A model generated the notes under the pieces. It did no database searches and was not told the DNA's origin. It saw only the letters and a list, made by a program, of their open reading frames with translations. Shown piece by piece: positions 43,554 through 56,800 of a stretch of 64,000 nucleotides of DNA. Positions within the stretch are counted from its first letter, which is position 1, and the number at the start of each line of letters is the position of its first letter. Position numbers and translations under genes: made by a program. Origin of the DNA: Dimorphilus gyrociliatus (taxonomy: Eukaryota > Animalia > Annelida); contig CAJFCJ010000005.1 in assembly GCA_904063045.1 (NCBI GenBank), forward strand, positions 1,813,988-1,877,987. The letters are read 5' to 3'.

Positions 43554-46500
43554 TCAACGGAATTGAAGTGGACTTATTCTCAATCCTATACAATCCTTTC
43601 CGATTTCCGTAACCTGTAAAATTTTATAAATATACTTAAATTAGTATCAACAAAGAGAGAAACAAACAAATTTACCTTGGTAATTTGACAAACTTGTCCT
43701 TTAAACTCTGGTAGGTAGCAAGCATTACTAAGAGGACATTTAACAACCGGCTTGCCTCTGTAAATAGGTATGTAACTAGAAGCGCAAACATCGAAGGGGT
43801 TATGTTCATCATATCTCAAATCGTGAGCATCCGTTGGATTCTTTTCACAAACTGCAGCAAGTTTCCTTGCCTGTAAAGCAATTTCCTGCTTTGGTCCGAG
43901 TTCCAATAGCCTTAAAACAAAAAATATGTCTTCTAAATAATCAAAATTAAGAATTCACCTCTTACCTCCTTGCAAAACTTGAGGCCAATCTAAAGTTTTT
44001 AATTTTAAATGATAAATTCATAGCATTCCTCAAAGTCAAAATCATATGGACAGGTTGCAATTTGCAATGGGTGAAATAAGCAGCCATTTCGCAGATTCTC
44101 TTTTGATCTTCTATGGAATCTTTTGGCAGTTCTTTCCTTGCCTGTTCCATACTTAATCCAAGTATATACTCTCGGCATATCTCAATAAGCTGTTGGGCTT
44201 CAGCTAACTCTTGTTTGTTGTCCACAACTAGCAAGGGAACTGACAAGAGTATTGATCTAAATTTTTCAATGGCGTCTCCGAATTTTCCACTTGTGGTCAA
44301 TTGATAAGCACTCTGGAGTCTTTGAACAAGATCACCTAATTTCAAACCAACTGCTGGAACACCTTGTCGAGGCCCAGCATCTTTCCAATTTCTATGAGGA
44401 TAACCAAAGAGAGGCTCGATAGAGGGCGTGGCTTGATAACATGTTTTGGATCGTGAGTAGGTTTGAAGAAAAAGTGATTTATACTCCTTAAACTGTACGA
44501 CACCAATTTGATCGTGTAGTAAGCGAGCGGCCGTTTCAAATGAACCCGCCAATATATGATCTACCGGAAGTTGCGAATTATTACACCAGATCTGAGATTG
44601 GGAAGTACCCTTTGTAGGAGGTACAAAGAAGCCCTCGCTGCCAGCACCACTTCCAATTTCAGTGTCTCCCAAGTCCATGTCAGGTAAATCAATGTCTGCA
44701 TCATCCGGGTCCCAGCCATCACCTTCTTTTGCTTCAACATCCTCTTCGTTCACCTCGATAATTGCACCATCCTCATCTATTATTACTTCGTTATCAGACC
44801 ATTCAGCATCTTCTCCATCATCAACGGCAATCAATTTATCTTGTCTCTGAGCCGTTCCTCCAGCCGCCCATCGTCTTTCAAAGAAACCCTTCGAAACCGT
44901 CAACAGTGGCCAGTTAGTTTCGTGTTGGGCTATTGGTGGTTGAGGTTGCAGAAGCTGGGCATCAGGCATTATTTCGGGAACTTTTTCATTTGCACTTTCA
45001 AGTTTTACTTTAAGTTGTTCAGCCTCCTCGTCTAAGCCATGAGTAGCGGCAGCTAGATATGCTAGTGATTTACGACCGCAATCTTGAAGGATTTTATGTC
45101 GTTCCTTTACATCTCCCAAGTATAAAGCGTTCTGAAATTGGGCACTACGGTCCTTTCTAATTTCTGCTATTTTCATCATCTTTTTAAGCTTTTCTAAATT
45201 TCCAGTTATTAAATAGAGGAAACTAAGCTTATCGAATGATTTTGTTCTTTGATAAGCCATCTCAACAATTTGATGATTGCCTTGCAATAAGGCAACTTCA
45301 CCTAATTTTTTCCAGCATTCAGTATCATCTAAGGCTCTAGCACTCTCTAAAGCAGTTTCAATTTCGCCACATTCTAAAGCCAAACCAAATCTCGTCTTTT
45401 CATCTTTAACGAAGTGAAGGGCCACTTCCGGGTAACCCTTTTGTTGCAAATAGGCAATAATAGATTGACCAACTAGTTTTGCGTTTCTAACCATGTGCAA
45501 TACTTCATCATACTTTCGATTGATGAGAGCTAATTTAAATTTGTATTCAGTGCAGTCAATACCGAGAACTCTTGGTCGGCATTCCCTATCCAAGCAATAA
45601 ACATTGCTACCCTTAACGCGGGTGATGTAAACAGGCGTATCCAAGGTTCTAATAATACCATGATCTCCATTATGAAGAGCATATTTAATGTGATTCGATG
45701 TCGTATATATAAGTACACCATTTTCATCCCAAGCTGCTGATTTAACTCTCACATTTTCATGAATAGAGCAAAGATTTTCTAATTTGCGGTTACAAACAAC
45801 AACGTTAACTTTTCCTAATAAGGCTACGTTGGCCATATCTGGTGACCAAACTGCATAACGTAATTTTGGTACTTTCACTTGTCCTAATTGACGTTTTTGC
45901 TGAACATCGAACATTGTTACATTATCGCCATCTTTAATGAGTAGGCAACCGGTTCCAGCATAAAATATTTCGTCACAATTAGGCAATTGAACTTTTTTAG
46001 TTATTTCATTTTTCAAGTTCTTTACAATGATAGTATGGGATCGATCAAGAACGGCAAATCTATTCCTTGCAACCCAAATGGCAGTTAATCCTGAGCTTCT
46101 TTTGCTATCAGGAGCATCTGGATTCTGAGAATCAGAATCCTTTGGAACACCGTAGAGATCATATACACTATTTTCCGGTGAGCTTGCTCTGGTGGTTAGT
46201 AAAACAGCATTCTCCGCTGGATTAAAGGACATGCTATATACTGGGGATTTAAGGCCTCCTCTCAATTGCATTACGGCTGTATCCTTGCTTGTGTTAAAAT
46301 CTAGTCTTCGTAAAAGCTTTTCTTTCACATAGTACAGTAAATTTTTTTCAACAGAGAAAGCTGGTCGTTCTCTTTCAAGCTTGAAAACGAGCATGCCTGA
46401 ATCATGACCGGCTGCAAATATATTTAGTGTGGGATGAGCGGCCAAAACCCAAAATCTATCATTTTCCCTTCTAAATGTTTGCACGGCAGTTCTTTTGGAC

Positions 46501-47793
46501 ATATCCCAAACACGGATACTTTTATCTTCACTATTAGATACAATTAATTCTTGTCTTGGGTGGAAAAGAACGCAAGAAACATTATTATAATGACCTCTGC
46601 AAGTGTCAACTTCCCAGGCTTTTGACTCGTTCATTCTCCATAGCTTAATTTGCCGATCATCTGCGCCAGATATAATTAAGGGTAGGGTAGGATGGAAGCT
46701 TACCCAGTTTACTCCCCGATCGTGTCCTTCGAGAACATGTTTTACAACGGCATCTGCTGTGCCAAAGAGATCTGTTTGCCCAGGGTGCTTCAAATGATCA
46801 TCTAATCCACCTGGACCAGGAGAAATATTTTTCTTTCGCAGCCCAGAAATATCCCAGACTCTTACAGTTTGATCAAGAGAACAGGAGACAATCAAATCTT
46901 CTGTTGGATGAAATGTGGCTGCCATAACGTAATGGCTATGTCCAGTTAACACACTAACACATGATCGATTCTGCCAGTTCCAAATGCGAATTGTTTGATC
47001 ATCTGAACTACTTAAAATCCATGGGTATTCATGATGGAATGTCGTTGTCCTAACATAATCGAGATGACCAGTTAAAGTGAATATGCATCTTTTTTGTTTG
47101 TAATTCCAAACTTTTATTTTATAATCATCTCCTCCAGAAACAAAAAGAGGTTGTTGATGGTGAAAGCAGACTCCTCTTACAGGTCCTAGGGAAAATCGAG
47201 TGAAGATCACAAGTTAAAAAAGGTTTTAAAAAAAGCAAGAAGTTAATACCATCATGTTCATCAAACTTGTCCATAAGAGTGCCCATGCGATAATCCCATA
47301 ATTGAATAACTCCATTGTGTAGAGATGCCAAAACCCAGGGTCTTTTGGGATGGAAGGAAAGACCTGGAAACAAACATCATATATTGGGTATTCAGCTTTC
47401 TTGACATAAAAAAGTCTAAATCAATGATTAAAGTAGTCTTTATGGTACTAGTTGAGCTTTTGAAAGCTACTTTATAGTAAAAGGAACACATTTGCTCTTG
47501 CAAATGAAGACAAGATAGTTTACAAAACAAGAGCTTTAATCAAAGTGAAGGACACAATTTTCTTTCAAGAACACTAAAGAGTGTAACATTAATTGAAAGA
47601 GAAAAAGGTTATGAACTGAGAGTTTTTAACCAAAACTAACATAATTAAATATCTTTAAACTGTTTTGTTTGAACCGAAAATTTATTGTCATTTTACTTTC
47701 TTATTAAATATAATTCATTAAATCGCTCAGATTCATTTGAAAAGATCACAAACCTTTAACTCTAGCACTCTTGGTTTCAAATTTCGTCAACAT
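43554..47793 (-). CDS. COPA: Coatomer subunit alpha, 5 exons (47793-47754, 47363-47250, 47185-43966, 43910-43676, 43613-43554)
   Basis: [13 protein letters not shown]|[12 protein letters not shown]40 repeats, and C-terminal [17 protein letters not shown]. Confidence 0.97.
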
Positions 47794-48081
47794 TATCTGA
47801 CGGCTCTTTCCCAAGATGAGTCTTGTTCAGCCGCAAATTCTGCCACGATGAACCGGATAAACAAAACAGGAAACAGAACGGAACTGTGGTTTTACAAGGA
47901 CCGCAGTTGATCCGACAACAACTAGTGTCACCTAACGGTTTGATATAGATATTACGATATTCGATTCAACAAATCGATAAGCTGACACAGATAGATGACC
48001 TCTGTCTCGATTTAATCATTTTACTTGAAATCTGTCAGTTATTTTGCACTATTATAACTTTTGTAACTTAAGTTGAACAAT

Positions 48082-50087
48082 ATGTCTGCAAGAATTTTCC
48101 TTAGAACGCTTAATCATATCAGCTCACGACAATTTAAGGTTTCGAGAGCATCATTTCAACCTCTCCGAAACTATACACATTATCCTATAGATGATGACAT
48201 CTTTGGCTTAACTGAAGAACAAAAACAAGTAACATATTTATTAAAGAAATTGTCTTCAATTACACAAACTTGCTATTGTAGCTTAGGAGGACTGTTTTCG
48301 AATTCGCTCAAGCGGAATTGGCTCCTCATGCTGATAAAATTGATAAAGAAAATAAGTGGGACGATTTGAGAGTTTGTATTTCCTTATAGTCATTCTTCGT
48401 TGTCGGCTTAACTTGTATTTCATTTCAGAACTTTTGGTTGAAATTGGGAAATCTGGGCCTTTTAGGAATAACTGCTCCAGGTTAATAGTCTTAAGTATTA
48501 TTAGTTGGTTATTACACCTTTTCTTCATTTAGCTAAATATGGGGGTTCTGAAGGAGGTTATTTGGACCATCTGATATGTATGGAAGAAATATCTCGTGCT
48601 GCTGGAGGAATAGCATTAAGTTATGGTGCTCATTCCAATTTGTGTGTAAATCAAATTGTTCGAAACGGTAGTGAAGAACAGAAAGAAAAATATTTGCCTA
48701 AAGTAAGAAATTTCTGTTCTGATCATAAAATATGATCCTTCATTAATATAATTATTTTAGTTAATAACAGGAGAACACTTCGGTGCTCTTGCAATGTCAG
48801 AAACAACAGCTGGTTCCGATGTAGTCTCAATGAAGTGCAAAGCCGAAAAGAAGGGAGACTATTACATTCTAAATGGTTCAAAATTTTGGATAACCAACTT
48901 CTGCGATGCAGATACTCTAGTAGTATACGCTAAAACCGATATGAATTCAGCAAAGCCGCAACACGGTGTAACTGCATTTTTAATTGAAAAAGGTATGGAA
49001 GGTTTTAGCACAGGTGTACCGTTAGATAAACTTGGTATAAGAGGATCGAATACCGGGGAATTAATATTTGAGGATTGCAAAGTACCAGGTTAATAATTTT
49101 ATTTTTTCTTTTATGACTTGTAAAGTGAGAAAAAAAAATTATGTTTAAAAGTGAAGAATGTTCTTGGCAAAGAGGGTAGAGGAATATACGTGCTCTTTAG
49201 CGGCTTGGATATTGAAAGGGTTCTTGCAAGTGCCGGTCCTTTAGGGTGAGCTCAATACGATTTCGCAAATACATTATGCATATGCATTATATACAGTGTA
49301 TGTAAATATGCATATGAGCTACTTACCAAATTTTCCGACTCTCTCGTTATTAAGACCCCGTCCATGAAATTCCACATTTTAGACATAATTATAGTTTATT
49401 GTTTTAAGATACTACTGTATTATATAATTATATATGATATTAGCTTCAAAGTATAGCCATTATTTTCTCATTAACAGAGAAAAATATATTGGGTAAAACT
49501 AACCGTGGAATTTACGTTCTATTTAGTGGTCTTGATATAGAAAGATTAGTATTATCAGGAGGACCGCTTGGGTATATGATTCTTAAATCTATATTATGAA
49601 AAAGAATAATAATATTTATAATTTTTTTAGATTAATGCAAGCTGCGTGCGATATTGCATTTAAATATGCTCATGATCGAGAACAATTTGGCGTTAAAATT
49701 GGTACGTTCCAAATGCTGCAGGCTAAAATGGCGGAAATGTATGTTAAATTAAACACCACTAGGTCGTATGTCTATACCATTGCTCGAAGTTTGGACAAAG
49801 GTCTAATACTACCAAAGGTTGGGTGTTTAGAAAATGATATATAATTGTAAATAATAACTCTAAAAAATATAATTCAGGACTGTGCTGCATCCATCCTGTA
49901 TGCTGCAGAAGAAGCAACCAAATGCGCACTTGACGCCATCCAAATTCTAGGTGGTAACGGCTATATCAACGATTACGCTACTGGCAGAATCTTGAGAGAT
50001 TGTAAACTTTATGAAATTGGAGCAGGAACAACGGAAGTTAGAAAACTTGTTATAGGAAGAGCCTTAAATTCGGAATACACTAAATAA
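48082..50087 (+). CDS. IVD: Isovaleryl-CoA dehydrogenase with a tandem duplicated internal exon (49152-49245 and 49478-49571)
   Basis: Mitochondrial leader, [94 protein letters not shown]. Confidence 0.96.
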
Positions 50088-50477
50088 TGTTTGAAAGTTT
50101 AAGTAATAAATTCATTGCGAATTTCAATCGAAATTATAAACTGACTTATTTATATACAGATCAATTAAACTGTTTAAAATATTCCCTATCCTAGTTTCCA
50201 TATCTCCTACTAAGAAAAAATGATTTTATTAATCTCTTATCTCGAAGTAAAACTTTCCCTTAACACTTATTGTCTTAATATTATTAAATTAGAAACATGG
50301 CCTGTAGTATATCCTTTCTATCATATTTAAAAGAGATATTCAAATGATTAAGTAAAAAATAGGCTAGTATTGGCCTAATAATATCAAATAAAGCTAAATA
50401 GGGAAGTTATATTGCAAATAGATTGGAATATATCACGATTTAGAATCAGATCAATCTTTGACGATCGGTAAAACAAG

Positions 50478-50756
50478 ATGCTTAAATTTCGTTGCGATGT
50501 AGAAACTATAGTTGAAAGTGAGTTTATAGAACTATTTCTATAAAAACTAGACAAGTCTATTGATTTGAAACTATATTCCAATCAACGTATTCTTTTAGAG
50601 ACCTATAATTTGCTTCACACCAAAGTATTACGACAAATCAAAGGACGTGAAGGTCAAGAAAGAGATGATATTATTCAACTCATTGAAGAATTAACTATCA
50701 ATCATGATTGTTGCAAATCTTGGATAGGAGGTGTATTCTATAAATAATTACTGTCT

Positions 50757-50788
<32 letters not shown>

Positions 50789-52123
50789 ATGTTTATTAGG
50801 ATGTTACTTCGACTCGAGCTCAATTAATCCAATCGATATTGAACCAAAGACGAGCCAGGATTCCAACTCTGGATATCTTTATATTACCAACAAAAAACGT
50901 AGGTATATTTCTTAATAATATCAATACCCGCCGTATAACTATATATTTTTTTAGCTTCCTCAATAAAACGACCATTTAGTATAGGTTTAATAATATATCC
51001 ATTATCTATTCGCATGATTATAATTCTAAAAAAAACCTATTTATTCATATATTTTATAAAATATTGCAATATTTGTATCATTTATAGTTCATTGATGAAG
51101 AATGTCTATACGCTTTTTCTATTGTTATATTATTTTTGCATGAAAAATTCTTTGCAATTTGAGATTTTAACTTTTCACTTATTCAGTTATCCCTCTAGTG
51201 TCGAAAAGTAAATTGAAGAAGTTTTGTGTTGTAAAGAATAATATACTATCAGTTTACGACAAAGAGGATTCCCTGGAAGTTAATCAAACTTATCCAATTG
51301 GAAAAGGAGGAGGTACTTTTTGAACTATGAACTTTTTCAGCTTTCTTATAATACTTTTCCAGGGTACGAAATGAAGAACTATAAAGAAGACAAGAAGAAA
51401 GCGACATTCGATTTTGTATCTCCCGGAAATTATGTTATAAAGGTTTATTTTTGCAATTTTTGTCATTGAAAATATTAAATTTTCAAAACGAAATCATTAA
51501 ATAGTGTGAGACAGTCAACAGAGAGGATGGACCACTGTGGAAACGTCTGTTAGACCCTGACAACGTGCTATTTGAGAGAGCAGAATGTACTAATTCAGAT
51601 AATCCAAGTTCCCAATCCGCGGACCCTGAGATTATGGATGATTACGATGACGGAAATTTTATAAACTCCAATTTGAAAAGAACAGATGACATTGAGTAAC
51701 AAGATACATAATTACACCATATTAGGGATGATAAATTATAGTTTTCTTTTTTTCTCAGAGACAATATTTATTACGATGTTCAAACAGTTGTCACTCAACC
51801 AACGGAAAAGAAATCTCATTTGACCAATCCTACTACAGCTCAGGTAATCTGTCCTCTTGCACAATTGATTTATCTTATTAATTCATATCCAATACTTTTG
51901 TTTCTACTAGGATGAGGAAGAGAGCTTGAGAGAAGACGACTGTGAAAATCTCTATCATGCTATTTACGATAGCTGTTGTGATGCACAGGATCAATTGATA
52001 TTTAAAAGAGGTGATATTATAAAAATAGGAAAAGATTATGGTGAATGGTTAGTTGGCTACATGAAGGGTACATATGGACTGGTTCCTAAGAGTTATCTAA
52101 GGCCAGCCTATCAAAGAGTATAA
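50478..52123 (+). CDS. Src kinase-associated phosphoprotein (SKAP)-like adaptor: PH domain, Tyr motif, SH3
   Basis: Spliced product contains DVETIV, PH-like SGYLYITNKK..KKFCVVKNNILSVY, EDNIYYDV, and a C-terminal SH3 LIFKRGDII..WLVGYMKGTYGLVPKSYL resembling SKAP2 LSFKRGDVI..WWVGEMKGAIGLVPKAYI. Confidence 0.7.
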
Positions 52124-52450
52124 GTGATATTTGATGTCAATAAGTAAATATGTTTCTTACTCTAAATTCAAAAATAATTAAGTATTTAGTAATCTAACAA
52201 TAAATCGTAACTCGATTAATCTCAAGAATATCGTTATTAAACAGTTTAGCTGTCAGATATGTCTGTAATTACAAATTATATTAATATTTTATGATGTTTA
52301 TATGTGTATTTAAAAGGAAAATGTTGAGTTACTAAATATATTCAAGTTGAAATTAATTCAAACTTATAAATTAGACTGGTTTCGTCAAATCACCAACATT
52401 GTCGAGTACAAAACAAAACGGAGCAATATACCGCTATGTTGACGTCCACT

Positions 52451-52459
52451 ACTTCCGGT
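52451..52459 (+). promoter_or_regulatory. ETS motif upstream of the LysMD3-like gene
   Basis: ACTTCCGGT, 160 nt before the ATG. Confidence 0.35.
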
Positions 52460-52618
52460 ATGCCATGCACATCCGGTTCAGTGTCAACAATGGTAAAGTA
52501 AGAACACGCAACAATCGCTTGACAATTTCACTTAAAATAGCCCTCGGAGGTTTTGTAATGTTAGGAGCTGTAGTTGCTTATCGGGAGGACGATTACTGGA
52601 TAAAACCGGCTCTGACAG

Positions 52619-53422
52619 ATGGCCGGTTTCTTAAAAAGATCCTATACAGGAGGCAAAAAAGTAAAAACTGTAAAAGGTTTACATTATACTTCAAAAGCTA
52701 AACACACTAAAGAGAAGGAGTCGGTATATACATTCCCAAACCCAGCTTTCGATGACGATGATGATGACAATGACGATGAGAATATTAAATTGACAAGCCG
52801 AGGACATCATGAATCCAAAACTAAACTTCCAAAACAGAAACAACTGATAATGATAATACCTGTTAAAAAGGACGACACCCTGCAGAATTTAGCACTGAAA
52901 TATCGACGGCCTGTTGCCGAAATTAAGCGCGTTAACAATTTACAAAAAGATCAAGATTTTTATGCTCTAACACATATCAAAGTACCTATTCTCGAAGATG
53001 GGGTTGTTAGTGAGCTAGTCGAAGACGATAGTCAAGTAAAAATCATAAATGAAGACGAAGTAAATGTCGGTCTTAAAGAATGTGATGATCCCGACATGAT
53101 AGTAAAAACAATTAGCATAAAAGATTATTGCACTCCTTCAGAAGAAGCTCGAAAGTTTATGGTAGAAATGGACAGGGATATTAGTTCCATTGTAAAGAAA
53201 ACAGAAAATTCTCGTAAAGAGCACTTAAATGACGTAATTAACATGTTAACAGCGCCTTCAATTCAACCCTTAAAGAAAGACTGGTTTCATTGGTCTGACT
53301 GTCGTTGTTCTTGGTCTTCCATTATAATTCTAATTACTTTTTTCGTTCTCGTTCCCGCAATATTTTATCTTATTTTCCGTTGTAAATGGTCAAATGGGTC
53401 TATAGAATGCAAATTTCACTAG
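52619..53422 (+). CDS. LYSMD3: LysM domain membrane protein (LYSMD3/4-like), intronless CDS
   Basis: LysM motif VKKDDTLQNLALKYRRPVAEIKRVNNLQKDQDFYALTHIKVP and a C-terminal TM segment. Confidence 0.85.
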   Translation: MAGFLKRSYTGGKKVKTVKGLHYTSKAKHTKEKESVYTFPNPAFDDDDDDNDDENIKLTSRGHHESKTKLPKQKQLIMIIPVKKDDTLQNLALKYRRPVAEIKRVNNLQKDQDFYALTHIKVPILEDGVVSELVEDDSQVKIINEDEVNVGLKECDDPDMIVKTISIKDYCTPSEEARKFMVEMDRDISSIVKKTENSRKEHLNDVINMLTAPSIQPLKKDWFHWSDCRCSWSSIIILITFFVLVPAIFYLIFRCKWSNGSIECKFH

Positions 53423-53827
53423 CATCTAAGATATTTTTGCTCAATAGAAAAAAATACAGTATATGGTCGATTTTCGGTATTTCTCAATAGATCATTGATA
53501 GAGCATATTCATATTCTTTTTCAAAGATAATCTGACATTCTATCGTTCAACAATTTTTTGAATAATTCTGAAACTACTTGAAAGATTTCAAAATAAAGCC
53601 AAATTAAAAATTGGGGATTTAAATCTTTTTGCGTAAAGTGATGTCTTATTACATTAGTATCTCTTCCCTGATTGTGATATGAAATACACTGAACTATTTT
53701 ATGTTCTAACCATTTAACTTCTGTATTTACTTTAAAATTAAAAAAAGCTATAATTTATTTGAAATATCTAATTCAAAAAAAAATCTGCCTTTTTTCATCA
53801 ATAATATCGTTTATCCTATAACTCTAA

Positions 53828-56800
53828 TCAAGATACATTAAAAGTTACTGGTGGCTTATTTATCCAAGTTGCTGGCCAATTGTCATCTCCAGGCTTATTA
53901 CTTTCAACTAGACCCTCTCCTTGTAGTTCAAAGTAGTATTTTCCAGGGCAGAGGAAGAGAACTTCTTGCGATAATTCAACGAATTGAACTGAATTAACAT
54001 TTTTAAATTCGAAATATTCTGAACCATTTATAAATACATTTGACAATTCAAAATCTTTATGATTCAAGTTTCCGTCATGCTGGTAAAACTTGGCAGAAAA
54101 TTGAACATTTTTCAAATAGAGATAATCATAGGCGCATCTCAATGATATAGTAATTTTCTCTGCCTCTCCAACCTTGCAGGTAATTTGAGTATTTTCCAAA
54201 TTTATCACAGTTTCATTAAGAACAAAGTCTAAATGGGGCATATAAAAAACAAGATAGAAGGTTATAAAAAAATAGAGTAATATATGTATTTGCAATCTTA
54301 CTCCAGTCAATAATAGGATATTTCCATAGCTTAAGACAATCTTTACTCCAAGCAATGGTATCTAAAGATATTATTCCATGCCTGCCATTCAATAATCTAT
54401 ATGTCACTTTTGAATCGTTTCTAACTTCGTGATTAATAATTTCGGACGATAATTGAGCATCATTTGAAACTGGCTTAAATTTATTTACTGGGAAGCTTAT
54501 TCTATTAATATTTGGATATTAATATCGTTAGTTATATAATTCTTAGATTATTCAATAGGAATGTTCACCTTGAGGTTTCTCCTTTACCAATACAAGCTGC
54601 ATATGAACTTTTTTCGTGACTAATCCAAACTTTTCCTATTTGTAAATTCTCAATATCAAGATGAAGTAAGAGGCTTTTCCAACTAAGTTAAAGGTAACAT
54701 TAAAGGAAAAATTACAATCATAAAACACAAAAAAATACTTACTTTAGACCATCGACTAAATTCCATTTCTTTACAATAACAGATGGCATTATAGTAATTC
54801 GAAATACAATTCCAGCTTTTCTACAATACTTATGTTTACTTTCATGATATTGAATTTTGACTAGATATTCTACAATCTGTAGAAAGAGTATTAATTCAAA
54901 TACTTTTTATGTTTTTATCTACAATATGGATAATATTTACGTGCGACTTTTCAGGAGAAAGAATTTCTCTCTTTCTAGATGAAAATTCTGAAAACATTAT
55001 AAAATTAACTTTAATATTTGATATAGTATAATTTCTATGACAAACCTTGACATATAAAATTATGAGTTCCAAATAGAGCAATCTTTTGTACAGCTTTCTC
55101 TCCAACTTTAATTGGTAGTCGAATATCCTCTGGATTTTTAAGGGAAACTACTGGCTCAGAAAAACCTTAAACACATAAAATTTTTATATAATAATAATAT
55201 GAATTATTGAATAAAGAACAAACAATAATCTGATCCTTCCACATTTTCAATACTTAAATCTAAATTATCTACATCTATATTCCCAGAGTTGAATAGTGAC
55301 ATATCAACAATCATGCTGTAAAGTAGAAGAAAAAGAAAAAAAATGTACAATAAATACATATACTGAATATAAGTATAATTACGTTTCTCCACTATACAAA
55401 TCCAAATTGTAGGCTTTATAAATGGGGCTTTCATAATCATCAGGAGAGAATATAACGCTTTGAGAATTATTTAAACTTGTTTCAATCTGTTTGAATTGAA
55501 AACATTATAAAAGTTGTCTCTAATTTACGTTATTGTTTTTAATATCGTTACATCTAAAACTGGGAGAGGATGAATTATATGGCATGAAAGGTTTTCTTCA
55601 CTTAATGCTGCCAAATCCTTTATTTTGCTTATGCTCTTTATGCCAAACATGTTAAAATGATACTCTAAAAATAGATTTCAATAGATTATTTCTTATTTTT
55701 TTAAGGAGGTTAAAAACTACCTTTTAACAAGTATTTTCCCTCTTCTTTAGTTTCTCCTTTTACCCGATATTTTCTTCTTGTTTTTGGAGGAAGTGTAAAA
55801 TTAAGAGGTACCCAATCCACATCGACTTTATCGAATACGGGAATCTAGCATAAGATACTTCTCCTTTATACGAACCATTTAAAATTATGTAAATATTTAC
55901 CAAATTTTCACAAGTTAACGGTATAAGAGTTGGATTGAAAATTTGAAATTCTACGTAGAATGGTTCGTCTACGCACCATTTGGCAGCTAAATTAAATATT
56001 AATTGATTAACAACATTATTCTAATATTTTACCGCTTTACCTTCTTTTATGGGATTTTTTTTCCTATTATTCGCTGAAGGACTAGGACTTACAATAAATA
56101 CACCAGAATCATCTTCTTTTCTTCCAGAGTCAATTTTAATTGGCTCCAGGTACTCAACTGGACGGATTAATTGAATTCGTTCAATTCGTGGAATATTTGT
56201 AAAATTTACTGCAGGCAGTTTTGTGTTATATCTTGTTACTTCAGTTGGCCTTTGAGGTTCGCTGTTATTCGTTAGTTTTTCTATATATTTACTATAATTT
56301 TCCAATTCTTTAGCGCTTAAATAAGGATATAGATTATTCAATAATAAACTAAAATGTTGAAGAGCTGCATCGCCATCTCTGGCATATTCTGCCATATAAG
56401 CTAAATCGGCTAATATTTGAACTTTAACTGGAGACGCCCATCCATTCTTCCATTGGTTACTTAAAGGATCAAACGATATAGCAAATCCTTTGTTACTGCC
56501 CAAAAGTAATTGGTGACTTTTCTTCCAAGAAGATATTAGTCTATCACTGGCCGTCATTTTTGCCGTTATATGTTTAAAAAAGGACGCTTTTCGTTCCATT
56601 TTAACTAAAGAATATAACGATGAAAGAGTAGAATATTGTTGTAACTATAGAAAGTAAATTAATAAATGACTCTGCGAAATGAGTAGAAAGTATATTAAAA
56701 TAAACTGATATTACTTTTTCATCTTCACTTAAATTCAAATTAATATATATTAATTTTTCTAAATATCTAGCTCCATCTAAGTATTTCTAGAAAAAAAATT

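Noticed and set aside
47429-47534. Two tandem hairpins in COPA intron 1 as an H/ACA snoRNA
   Set aside because: The stems exist (7-8 bp) but I found no correctly placed H box or terminal ACA; an Rfam or snoGPS scan would settle it.
52399-52701. 100-aa ORF overlapping the LysMD3-like start
   Set aside because: It begins at TTG, spans promoter motifs and has no recognisable domain.
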